From Lama guanicoe (taxonomy: Eukaryota), in NCBI GenBank assembly GCA_013239625.1, contig MU054323.1, positions 14,183,950 to 14,247,949 on the forward strand: a DNA stretch of 64,000 nt, in the 5' to 3' direction. This document shows, piece after piece, positions 52,413-64,000 of the stretch. How positions within the stretch are numbered: the first letter of the stretch is position 1; each line of letters begins with the position of its first letter. The translations under genes were made by a program, and so were the position numbers. The notes beneath the pieces are model-generated. The model saw only the letters and a program-made list of their open reading frames with translations, was not told the DNA's origin and searched no databases.

Positions 52413-55400
52413 AAAGCAGGGAGTTAGGGAGATAAGACCTTGTGATTTTACATGTTTGCTGGAGAACACTCCTACACTTGCATCTAAATGAAAATTTCAA
52501 TCATTGCACACACTTTGTTGAATTCATTAAAGAACTTAGTGCATCAGATAAAATTAGAGAGGAAAAATGATAATTATCAACCTGTTGGTTTACTCTTAAT
52601 GGTAATATGATTGTTAGCATACTGCCATTCCTACTTTCTTCAGTTTTTAACAGATTACCAGGAATTAGGTTTTGTTTGTTTAAAAATAAGGGATATGAGC
52701 ATTTTTCTATATTTTATGAAACTATAGCCTTTGGGTTATTGGTTAGCTACCTAAACATACTGTGCATTTTTCTGCAATATTACAGATTATTTTATTTCTC
52801 TGATATCCTGTGGAAAATAAATCTTTTTCTTGGTCCTTCCCATGTACCTGGAGATGAAATAAGGTTTGCTTTCAAAAGTACTTCATGTGCTTGAAATAAG
52901 TAATTCCATTTCATGGAGTTATACATTTTTAATAACTTTTCTACTTTCAGATTTACTTCCATGTCAGGCAAGAATCCTGAAGCACACAGTAGGAAAAAGG
53001 ATAGGAAGGGAGAGTCTATACTACCCACTCCTTTGCTCCTTAACTGTGTGGTCTGTAGCTCACTAGACATCATGCTAAGAAGATATTTCTGATCTGGAAT
53101 CTCTGAAATTGAAAACAGGTGTATCAGTGAAGTTTGTTTCTCCTTAATTAATTTTTAAAAGGCCATACGTGTTTATATGTACTTAGATTAAAGAAACAAA
53201 AGCCATATAAAATTTAGATAAACTAGAAAATTTAAAGAAAAGTACATCCACTCCCAGTTGCTTGGAACAAAAGAGCACATTAAAAATCCATGGTGTGAAT
53301 TCCCACCCATGTGTCAGAAGGATGGAAGACTAAGGTTTACCTGCAATTTCGTCAATGGTGTCTCCCCACCAGCACAGCCATTGTTCTTCCTGGATGAGAA
53401 CTGAATAGAGGTGTTTCGAAATGTTTAAAGAAAGGGTACTTACTGGTGGGCTGACATGACTCTAGAGCTCAGAATTTGAAAATGTAAACCCAGGCCTCAC
53501 AGAGAATAGGAAGTGGTGAGCAGGGCTCACTACAGACCACGGCAGCTGTTCAGGGACACGTCTCTATGTGCATCTTACTTTGAAAAATGCTGCCATAAGG
53601 AAGGAAACTGACAGCTATTTCTCCAGGGAAATCGTTTCTTTGTTTGCACAATGCCAACACCAGTCTTAGGTATTCCCATTTTCCATCCCCTTTCTCCTTC
53701 CTTTTTGTCTCTTTTCATTACAAATGCAGTTTAAATTCTTTGTTTTTAATTGTCCTAAAGATAAAACAAACACAGAAATGCAGAGGTATGTAAGCAGGGA
53801 TGGGGAGGTGCATATAAACTTAAGGAGCTCTTAATTTCACATTTTTGTGTTTTGAAAGATTTTCAGTGTTAAAAGATAATTGTCTGGATCTTAGGTTAAA
53901 CACAAATATAATTATGGTTTCTTTGTGGAGTCAAAATGCCTGATGAATCAAAAAGTGTAGTATCATCACAAGCTGGGAGACATCACAGTAGAGGCCCTCT
54001 ACCAAAGTTTTTTTTGTATAACATGTTTTTCTATAAATGAAATTTTACTATACATAATGAGCTCATGAGACCAGAGTGACCAAATCATAATTGGCATACA
54101 GTAAGTATTCACAAAGTATTAGTTATTATTATTTTTGTTATTAATTTTTTTTCACCAGAATTCAGGAGACAGAGGCAATGACAGGGAAGGAGGTAGCCTT
54201 CTTGCCTTGGTGGAAGGGAGTGTCATTTTTTTTTTCCTTCCAGACCTGTTTTCATTAGGCTCCTCTGTATGAAACTTTTTCTAATAATAAACTCCTTCAG
54301 GCAGTTTATTTCCCTTCTCGATTTCTTCCTAGTTATCTAGAATCTATTAAGTGTAAAATAAATGTTAGCTAAATCAATAGATAAGTGAATGAATGAAATT
54401 AACAACAAAAAATTAATCAGATCAGATGTTCCTATTCATTTGATTTTTGTTAAGTATTGCTAATGCAGATATTTTGTTTTGTTCCTAAATAACCAGTGAT
54501 AAAATCAAAAGCTTTTATTTATTTTTGAATTTGCTAATAATTATGTCCTGTTTTTGTTAATATAAACTTGACCTTAGTGCTAGACTTTACCACCAAATTC
54601 CTTGTAAATACCTTAGATTTTAGTTCATAAGAGTATTGGGATTTAGCCATTAGAAAGAAGGAGAAAAACGCTTAACTTAGAGTCTTATTTAAAATAATTA
54701 ATCATCTTCTGTAGGAAATTTCATAACAATGTATCCCAAAATCTAGCACTCTTTTTTTCTCTCAGAAAAAATTAGCAACTGCTCATAAAAGTAACTGAGT
54801 GTGACTGGGTTGCTTAGTAGGGGCTGAGAGTTTTCTCTGTGTTGCTATTGTTACGTTATTTTGGTTTAGCTGTCTTTTCTCTTCTGAATATTTATTAGGG
54901 AAAATAATGGGTGCAGATAGGCAATAAAATGCAAATTGTGGATTCAGTCCATTGTTGTCCATGGAAAGACACAGAGGACAACCTGGGACCTTCTTTCCCA
55001 GTGCCAGGGTTTGGTTCAAGCTCTCCTAGCAAGGACACCAAGAAGTCCTGTGCAAGAGCCAATGTGGTCACTGATTCTCCATGGCTAGACAGAGGATTGC
55101 TAACATGTCCTTCTCTACCCTTCCGCTTATTTGAGAGTTTATAATGAGCTAAATATAAAGTGCATTATTTAATATGACTTTTAGGAAATGACCCTGTTAT
55201 TAAATATAGCATGATTTGCATACAGAGAGAAAAATGAATGAGCTATCATGATGAAAAGAAATCTAATGAGATCTTTGAGGGAAAAAGGAGTTTATTTCTA
55301 GAGAAAGCTGACATAGGAGAGTAATTAACTGTCTTGGAAATTCTGTAAAAATATGTCTTTAAGTTTCAATGTTTACCAAGATCAGAAAATGCCAGTGTTA

Positions 55401-56369
55401 AAGACTATGATTTTGTGGTTTATTTTGAATTTATTGTTAAGATAAAAATGTTTTCATTAAAAAAAAACTCAAAACACTTGCAACATTGTGACCATTGGCA
55501 GAGATGTAATGGAATCACTGTGATGACATTTGGAGTATGGGGCATCTAAATGCCCTTTCTTTTTGTAAGATTTGTTCACACATTAACTTGGATGACTATA
55601 TTAAACTGTAAATTGTTCTTATATTCTCAGATCAGCTCTAATTATCCCAGTACTGATTATTTTATGTGTGGACAACTTTCCTTTGCTTTCATTTTTTTAC
55701 TGTACCCTGTGCCACTCCCAGAATAACTTCTGAAACATAAATAAGAACTGTTGAAACGTAAATGAGGCATTATTCTCACAGTCCCTCACATCTAGTTCTA
55801 CTTTTATGTTTCGCTGAAACAAATCTCTGAGAAAATTCACTAATGAGACAATTTAATGGATTCCTTTTAATTCCACGCTTCTTGTCCTTTCTGCAGCATG
55901 TGAGGTGTTTGAGGCTTCTGTGCTGTTGTGATGTTGTGTTTGCTTCTGTCTCCTTCACTTACTCTCCTTTATCACCCTCTCTTATATAAGCACATACTAG
56001 AATTTGAGTGTCATCAGTATTCTTTTTGTAGTCACTCACTGGTTATCTTTCAGTTTTCCAGTCAGGAGGATCTCTAAATTTGCTTTTCTGCAAGCTTCAG
56101 CAGTCTCTTTAAGTCTTGGGGAAAAAAAAAACATTTCCTGGTAACCTCAAAAATCTACATGCTAAACATTCAGTTTTCTGTTTTAACCAGTTCATTGTCT
56201 TACTCACCCACTTCCAAACCAACTTCTCTTGTCCAAATGCTGTCATCAGCTACTACATCTCTCAGATTCGAAAGTTTGAGGTCATTGTCGACTTTGCCTC
56301 TTACTTCACATGTCAGATACAGTCATTTACTAAGCCCTATTGAATTTATGAACTAATATAGAACATTAC

Positions 56370-56570
56370 TTTGTCACCTATTATGTGAAAGAGGTGAAGT
56401 TAGCACTTTGTATGTATTATGATTTAAATCCTCAAAATATGACAGTGAAGGGATATTACTGTCTACATTATGTAAGTTTAGAAATAAGGGTTCAGTGTTA
56501 GAAACTTGCCTAAATAAGCCAGAAGTTGGGCAGGAAGTGGGATTCAAACTCAAGTTTTTTTTTCTTAACA
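56370..56570 (-). mobile_element. MIR SINE
   Basis: 'agcactttgtatgtattatgatttaaatcctc...aacttgcctaa...gggattcaaactcaag'. Confidence 0.8.
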
Positions 56571-56799
56571 ATAATGTCTAGTGTTCATTCCTCCAAACTA
56601 TATCAGTTTTGTATCTGTGATGCTTTATAGCCTTCGACTCCTTCCCAATCCTCTTAATTCCACGTAGCTCTGCACTTCCTCCTGCCTGTACTCTAATTCC
56701 TTGTTGCTTCAATTTTCCCTACATTGCATCTTTATTATACTGCTCTTCAATAAATTTTAACTGCTCCTCATGGTTTGCAAATTATGTAGAGATCCATTA

Positions 56800-57300
56800 G
56801 ACATCTTCAGAATTTTTTGCTCATTATCAACAGAAACTGATTCTAATTAAGCTATACAAAACAAAATGGAAAAACAAAAACTTTGTAACCCCCCTCCCCC
56901 AACAAACACACACAAGAAGTTTATTGGAAGGATCCAGAGAATGCTACTAAAGTAAAGGAGATGTGGGGACTTGGGCAGAATGAGAAAGTGGGCAGATTCT
57001 GATAGTGGGATTCAGAACTTTTGCATGAAGGTGCTGAAGTTGATTTAGTGCTCACAGTGCTTTGGTTCATGTTCCTCCTTGATCAGTACTCAGATTCCCA
57101 AGTGACAGATTGATTGGCCTAAATTGAGTTACATTTCTACCTCTTGGTAGGAGATGGGGAAGAAGGATGAAGAGTAACATTATTGATAATTTTAACTGAA
57201 TCACAGGGTAAGAGGAGTGAAGCACCCTGAAGAAAATGACTCTGCTCTTAACCTACAGAAGGCGACAGAGGCACCACAGGCATAAAAGACAGCTGTCCAC
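56800..57300 (+). mobile_element. Old MaLR LTR (MLT1K/L-like)
   Basis: 'caacagaaactgattcta...tttattggaaggat...ctcagattccca...tgattggcctaa...cagctgtccaca'. Confidence 0.55.
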
Positions 57301-58019
57301 ATGCAGAGCATGCAGGTGCTCCACTTCAGCTGTAGCCTTTTCCAATATCATCACCAACTGCCTCTTCCTATTTGTGGAGTCCAGGACTTCTCACCATTCT
57401 CCAGACATGCTGTAAGCCTTTCTGGCTACTGTTTTTTGAGCATTGGCTTCCCCCATGTCTCTATCTAACAAAAGCCTTCCTCTCTGTATGGGCTGTCCCA
57501 AGTGGCTATTACCATTTCAAGATCTCTACAGAAAGTAATTTCGCCCTCTTTTTCCTTTTCTTAGCTTTTCCTTTTGCTCATCTTCAATAGCACTTTTAAA
57601 CATCTGCCCTGTATCTTCTTTACTGAAATGTGAGTGTTCTGATGGCATGTATCATGTCTTACGCATCTGAGCATCCCATTGTCGAACACAAATTCTTTTA
57701 GGTTGCAGTGATTAATAAATATAGGTATGGTTATTTTTCTTACGCCATTTTTCTTACTGTTGGCTCAAAGTGCTAGGTTGAATCTGTAATGCAATTATAT
57801 CATTTCTCTCCAACATCATTGTAATGTCCTTGATGGGAAATTACATACAGCATTTAAAAATATTAGCTTATACCTAATAGATAGAGAAATAAATGTGTTG
57901 ATTCAATGTCAATTTAACAAAGTTGAATGACAGGTCTAACAGTTTATTTGAAAAAGAATGATAAAGTTACTAAAAGGAGAAGGGAGTGAAAGTAGACCAG
58001 TATTGGCTAGGTATTTTTA

Positions 58020-58165
58020 AAAAGTTAATCTTAGAACAGAACTATGAGGTGGGCATTAATATTCTTATTTTACACATGAGGAAATTGAGGCTTAGATGGG
58101 GTTAATTTCTTCAAGGAAATCAAAGTTATATTCAGGATTTCTCATGTACTGATAGCTCTTTCCAT
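58020..58165 (-). mobile_element. MIR fragment
   Basis: 'ctatgaggtgggc...attttacacatgaggaaattgaggcttaga'. Confidence 0.8.
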
Positions 58166-58356
58166 TAATTGACAACTTTATAAATCCAAAATAATGAATA
58201 TATTAATTTTTCTTCTTTTTTATTGAAGTATAGTTGATTTACAATGTTGTGTTAGTTTCAGGTGTACAGCAAATGATTCAGTTATACACACACACACACA
58301 CAATTGGGTTTTTTTCCGATTCTTTTCCATTAAAGTTATTATAAGATATTGAATAT

Positions 58357-58611
58357 GGGAAGGGACAGACTGGGGGTTCTAAATTTGTAGATACTGACAG
58401 GCATATGTAGAATAGATAAACAGAATTATACTGTATAGCACAGGAAAATATATGCAAGATCTTGTGGTAGCTCACAGCGAACAAGAATGTGACAATGAAT
58501 ACATGTATGTTCATGGATAACTGAAACATTGTGCTCTACACTGGAAATCGACACAACATTGTAAACTGAGTATAACTCAATAAAAAATGTTAAAATATAT
58601 CTGCACTAAAG
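58357..58611 (+). mobile_element. Younger (camelid-like) L1 3' end nested in the opposite orientation
   Basis: 'gggaagggacagactggg...tatactgtatagcacagg...gacacaacattgtaaactgagtataactcaataaaaaatgttaaaa'; TSD AAGATATTGAATAT / AAAATATTGAATAT. Confidence 0.9.
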
Positions 58612-58942
58612 AAAATATTGAATATAGTTCCTTGTGCTATACAGGGGCTCCTTGTTATATATCTTTTATATATAGTACTGTGTATCTGCTATTCCCAAAC
58701 TCCTAATTTATCCCTCCCTCCCACTCATTTTCTCTTTAGTAACCATAGTTTTCTATGTCTGTGAGTTTATTTCTGGTTTGTAAATAAGTTCATTTGTATC
58801 ATTTTTTGAGAATCTACAAATAAGTGATATCATATATTTGTCTTTGTCTAACTCACTTCACTTACTATGATAATCTCTAGGCCCATCCATGTTGCTGCAA
58901 ATGACATTATTTCATTCTTTTTGTGACTGAGTAGTATTCCAT

Positions 58943-58966
58943 TGTGTGTGTGTGTGTGTGTGTGTA
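58943..58966. repeat. (TG)n microsatellite inside L1
   Basis: Seen directly. Confidence 0.9.
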
Positions 58967-59553
58967 TCTCACATCTTCTTTATCTATTCATCTGTAAATA
59001 GACATTTAGGCTGCTTCAACATCTGGGCTATTGTAAATAGTGCCGCTATGAACACTTGGATGCATGTATCTTTTTGAGTTATAGTTTTACCTGGATATAT
59101 GCCCAGAAGTGGGATTCTGTGATCATATATGGTAGCTCTAGTTCTACTTTTTTAAGGAACCTCCATAATGTTCTCCATAGTGGCTATACCAATTTACATT
59201 TCCACCAACAGTAGGAGGATTCCTTTTTCTCCATGCCCTTTCCAGCATTTATTATTTGTAGATTTTTTAATGATGACCATTTTGACTGGTGTGAAGGTGA
59301 TTGTAGTTTTGATTCACATTTCTCTAATAATTAGCGATGTTGAGTGTCTTTTCATATGCCTATTGGCCATCTGTATGTCTCCTCTGGAGAAATGTCTGTT
59401 TAGGTCTCCTGCCTGTTTTTCATTTGGTTTGTTTATATATAATTAATATATATTTATATATTAAGCTCATGCAGCTGAATATTGTATATGTATATTTTGT
59501 ATATTTGGGAAATTAGTCCCTTGTCAGCTCATCATTTGCAAATATTTTCTCCA

Positions 59554-59870
59554 TTACACTCAATAGTTAAAAGCTGAAAACATTTCCTCTAAGATCAGGA
59601 ATAAGACGAGGTTGCTACTCTCCCTGCTTTTACTCAACATAGTTTTGGATGCCCAATCTACAGCAATGAAAGAAGAAAAAGAAATAAAAGAAATTTAAAT
59701 TGGAAAGGAAGAAGTAAAACTGTCACTGTTTGCAGATGACATGATACTATACATAGAAAATCCTAAAGGTACCAACAGAAAACTACTAGAACTCATCAAT
59801 GAATGTGGTGAAGTTGCCAGACACAAAATTAATATACATGAATCTGTTGCATTTCTATACATTAATGACA
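59554..59870 (+). mobile_element. L1 ORF2 reverse-transcriptase segment (inverted relative to the adjacent L1), non-functional
   Basis: Encodes ...FPLRSGIRRG... and [22 protein letters not shown]...LLELINE, including the FADD catalytic motif; contains frameshift and stop. Confidence 0.93.
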
Positions 59871-60229
59871 ATATGAATATGAGTTTTAAAAAATCAAATA
59901 ATCCAGTAGGTTTTATTATGAAAATGAGTAGTTTTCTGCTCTTTCAGTATCCTAAAGGTGGTCACTCTTCATCATTTCATTTTGGAGTTATTCTGCCAGT
60001 TAGCTCCATTTTTCTAGATAACATGTGTATACTACTCTTTAGATATTTATAAGCAGTAGATAGCCATTCTCCTTCAAGCAAAGAATTATGAAAAGTCTCA
60101 GAACAAGTTACAGAATACCATAAAAGAAGGACAAGAAAAATCCAGGTAGCAAATAAGACAGCAGAAAAAAATATTTCTTAGAAGAAGAAATATAGTCATC
60201 CACTCAATGCAGAAACTATGGTAATAACA

Positions 60230-60545
60230 ACTAGCAATCAAGGAAAGACTCTCTCATTGAAATCTCATTTTCAGCCATTATATTGAAAAGAAGCAAATAT
60301 CCTGTCATATATGATGCAAAGAAATGGACACTCATGCAGTGTTGGAGGGAGTGTAAATTTACCAAAGCCACTTTGGAGGGGAATTTGGTAGCATTGCCCT
60401 AAATGCTAAAATAAACACAAAACTTGAGACACTCTCCTCCAGTAATTCACTGTATCCTGAAGAGAAGCACTTGCACATGTGAACATGGTGATGTGTAAGA
60501 GGGTGTTCACTGCAGCACTGTTTGCACTAAGGAAAACAAAGACTT
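60230..60545 (+). mobile_element. L1ME 3' ORF2/UTR fragment
   Basis: 'gacactcatgca...ggagtgtaaatt...gccactttggagg...gtgttcactgcagcactgttt'. Confidence 0.75.
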
Positions 60546-60559
60546 CAAAATCCATCTTC

Positions 60560-60975
60560 CGTGGGTTGCCTGTTCATATACTTTGCTCAAATTTTATCTT
60601 GTTATTTGCCTTATTTTATCTCTGAATAAATTTTGAGTATTAACCTTTAGCTTCATAAATGTTGCAGATATCTTTATCTACCACTTTTGCCTAACTTTTC
60701 CATGTTATTTCTCCTTTCAAATTTTTATCTTAATTGTAATCTAGTTTAACTGATCAATTTTGGCTTTTGCTTTATGTATTATTTTTTGGATGGCCTTTTT
60801 TACCCTAAAGCCCTAAAAATATTCTCCTGTATTTTTCCATATTACTTTCATGGCTTTAATTCTTTAATTCCTTAATCTCCCTGGAATTCTTATTTTCATG
60901 ATCTTTTATTATGAAAGGAAAAGAGCTCTATTTACAGTTCTTTCTCCCTTTCCAACAGTTTCTCTAAACCATGTC
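60560..60975 (-). mobile_element. Old L1M fragment
   Basis: 'aatgttgcagatatc', 'aaatattctcct', 'ttctttaatt...ctggaatt'. Confidence 0.5.
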
Positions 60976-62359
60976 TTCATGTTTGAACCACAATTTCTTT
61001 GACAGATTTTGTTTGCTCTGGGCTTGCTGATTGCATTCTTTTCTTTCTTGTGGTGAGAAAAAAACAAAGTAGACTCAATGAATCATGTGCTTTCAGCTCC
61101 GTTTCACCCTCTCTTGCTCCTTCTGTCCTCTATGCCCTCTCAGAGCTGTAACAGTCTAGGAGCTCTGTTGGGCTTATTTTTTTCTACAGGCCTTCTTTAT
61201 GGTCTAGGCTGCACTCTCCTCTGTCCTACTTTTTATTTGCTCCCACTTTGCAGGAATTAATGAATTGTCTCATTCCTTTTTAGTAAGGGTTTACAACATT
61301 TACATTTCTTTAGCATCATAATAATGGGCACCGTTGAGAGAAGAGACGGAAATATGTGTGTATAGCCCACTTTCTTTAAAAAATCTGCCTCACATCGTTT
61401 AAAGTTGTCATCATATGGCCTCTTAAGATCAAGTGAGCTTATCTGTGTTGTTGCTGGAAAAAAATGATAAGAGGAGAGATTTATATATGCATTTCAATAA
61501 AATATCTTCAGGTTTCTTGTATCATTACGTATTTCAATCAGGACTCAACTAGACTCTTTTCCCCCGAAAACTGCTTATCTCTGATTTCTCAAGTTACTTA
61601 AAATTGACCCACACTGTAGAGCTTTTAATGATGTTTTAGATCACACACACAAAAAGTAAATTCAGTTAATATAAAGGAATGATAAAAATTCTTCAGGCTT
61701 TATTTTCTGAACGTATCTTTCCTTTCTTTCTTGAATGCTTTTCTGCTGCTCCCTCATTCACCTGCCTCAGATGCTTCTACCTGTACCTCTGCTGGGGGCA
61801 GTGATACCCTGCCGACAGCTAGAACTCTATCACTGTCATCTTGTGGGACACTATTGCAACCTAAGTCACCTCAGCTGCCAACCACTTTTCTATTGTCATT
61901 CTCTATAAACTCTCATTGTTGTCATAAAGGGCATAAGTGATTAGTACAAGTAGACTCAAGAGGAAGCATAAAACTATGACAACTGCAGCTACCTAGGTTT
62001 CAACAGATTTCAAAGCAATTCACATTTATGTAAAAAGCAAGTGTTATCAAATGGCTCCTGCAAAAACCAATATATCATCTTACAAACTTTTACATTTTAT
62101 TCAAATAAAAGGTACCTGGTTCGTTATTCTTTAGTTTACATGCATAGGGTTGTATGTATACAAATTTGGAATGAAAGCAGAGGATGGGAGATTGCATCTA
62201 AAAGGAAAATCAGAAAAGCTAAATGACCTCATTAAATCTACATTATTGACAGTCAGAAGATGTCCCATGTACCACCTCAGCACCGATGTCTCAACAATAA
62301 ACTGGAAAGAAGAGGGAGAGTTTGTAGTGGAGAGGACATAAGAATATAAACAAACTTTT

Positions 62360-62772
62360 GCATTATTCTAAGTGAAATAAGTCAGAAAGAAAGACACATA
62401 CTGTATGTTTTCACTCATGGAATCTAAAAAAGCTAAACTCGTAGAAATAGTACAATGATGGTTACCAGGGGCTGGAAGTGGGGGAACTGGGGAGATGTTG
62501 TCAAAGGGTGAAAACTTCCAGTTATAAGATGAATAAGGTCAGGGCACCTGATTTACAGCAGGGTCAGTGTAATTCACAACACTGCATTGTAAAATTCAAA
62601 GTTGTTAAGAGAGTAGATCTTAAATGTCATCACCACTCACTAACAAAAATGGTAATCTTACTATGGTAATCATTCCATAATATATATGTGTATCAAATAA
62701 CCACATTGTGCACCTTAAACTTACATATGCTATGTGTTAATAATATCTCAATATTATTAGCTGGAAAAAATT
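62360..62772 (+). mobile_element. L1MA9/L1MA10-like 3' end
   Basis: 'ctaagtgaaataagtcagaaagaaagac...ggttaccaggggctgg...ttataagatgaataag...aagagagtagatcttaaatgt...caccttaaacttaca...gctggaaaaa'. Confidence 0.9.
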
Positions 62773-63369
62773 AATTGAAGGGAGTCTGCCATAACACTGC
62801 CATGATGCTCCACTGTTAACAGTAGAAGAACTTTCAGCACCATGGACAGATTCAGGATAAATCATACACTATTTGCTAACCAGACTGCAGAGAAAATTAA
62901 GGTTATATTGAATAAAACAATGAACTGAATTTATATAATTTCATTGAATTATTTGAATTTTCTAGATTATCCAGTTGTATATTATATTTAATTCACTGAT
63001 AAGAAAATTTTACATATCTTGTTAAAATATATTAAGTAAACATTCTATTTCGCAAACAAAAAAATACGGCTAAAAGTACACTATTAGATAACTATTACCG
63101 TAGGTGAGTACACAGCAAGACTATAAAGATTTCTTTGGTACCACTAATGATCTAGTATTTGCGTCTCCAAATTACAGACCCAGTGACTTGGAGGAAGTAG
63201 CCTCTAGTGTAGAAGCCTTTCAAACTCCTGGGCATAGAATAATGGTAAGCATTTTGGTTAGTTTCACGTCTGTTGGAATTTCTTATTTCAGGTTAATTTT
63301 AGAGTCTCAGAGTTTGAAGGACAAAGTATTGGTTTTGAGAATTAGGAGATGTAGTTTTTAGGTTTGGGT

Positions 63370-63502
63370 GTAGGGCTGGAATAGTCCTTTAATTCTTTTA
63401 ACCCTCTGGCTCCCAGTCTCCTCTGAGACTGTACAGTTAGATGATTTGAGAGGTATAGCTAGATGATCTCAAAGTTCTGGTAAGCATAGATCTTTATGAT
63501 TC
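63370..63502 (+). mobile_element. MIR3-like fragment
   Basis: 'tttaaccctctgg...cagtctcctc...ctagatgatctcaaag...ttatgatt'. Confidence 0.5.
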
Positions 63503-63604
63503 ATCATAGAGAAGCCACATAGAGCTATCAGTGCTTTCTTGTCACTGTGATGTTCAGTATCTCTTCTAAAAGCAGGACCAGGTGCTCTGCCCACTAAAGG
63601 TTTT

Positions 63605-63634
63605 TATTTGTTGTTTTGTTTTGTTTTGTTTTTT
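63605..63634. repeat. (GTTTT)n pentanucleotide run
   Basis: Seen directly. Confidence 0.85.
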
Positions 63635-64000
63635 CAGTTCTTGCAATCATAGCAGCCAACCCCTGTGGGAGGCAGTGGTGAGCTATGGACTCACTTCCCC
63701 TGTGACAAGAACAATATCATAAAAAGCTTTTCTTTTTCTTTTGCAGCTTGTAATGCCTAGTATAAGCTGTGGCAAGGATTTTAACTATATTGCTAGAGGT
63801 TTTTATTACCTTAAGTGACATTTTGCTTCACTGGTGCCAGCAGAGCTTGTCACCAAGTACCACAGACCCATATCTGCCTCTCCCGAGATCTATCCTAGTC
63901 ACTCAGGCAATTTTGCTTTCACATGAGGATTATTTCAAGCTGTAGAAAACCACAGTGTCTTACTTCATGATTACACAAATCACCTTCTCAATCAAAGCAG

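Larger units (their letters stand above)
58206..59553 (-). mobile_element. Cetartiodactyl-type L1 3' portion
   Basis: T-rich tail followed by 'attgaagtatagttgatttacaatgttgtgttagtttcaggtgtacagcaa', 'ccatccatgttgctgcaaatg', 'ttggccatctgtatgtc...ggagaaatgtct'. Confidence 0.92.

Noticed and set aside
59741..60052. 103-aa ORF starting MILYIENPK
   Set aside because: Its first ~43 codons are a dead L1 RT fragment and the rest is read-through into flank; not a gene
1..64000. CRISPR array, tRNA/rRNA, operon-like or defence system
   Set aside because: Mammalian repeat landscape; no spaced direct repeats, structural RNA genes or long ORFs seen

Overview
AT-rich, CpG-depleted placental-mammal genomic DNA, intergenic or deep-intronic. 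It is dominated by decayed interspersed repeats: L1M/L1ME and L2 fragments, MIR SINEs, MaLR/ERVL/ERV1 solo LTRs, Charlie and Tigger MITEs, and microsatellites. I saw no Alu, B1/B2, Bov-tA, PRE-1, ERE or Can-SINE. The youngest L1 3' ends (34424-34578, 58357-58611) resemble cetartiodactyl, probably camelid, L1, which is a from-memory inference. I recognise no protein-coding gene, RNA gene or CpG island. The supplied ORFs are explained by chance, low complexity or L1 remnants, and only 59741-59870 matches a known protein (L1 ORF2 reverse transcriptase). I cannot support a novel biological system here. The best second-look items are retrotransposition signatures (a candidate 3' transduction, a twin-priming 5' inversion, nested insertions with TSDs, poly(A)-only micro-insertions), a few orphan exon candidates (one possibly LTR-driven) and several transcription-factor motifs. 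Repeat family names come from recalled consensus sequences; boundaries are approximate unless termini or TSDs are quoted.
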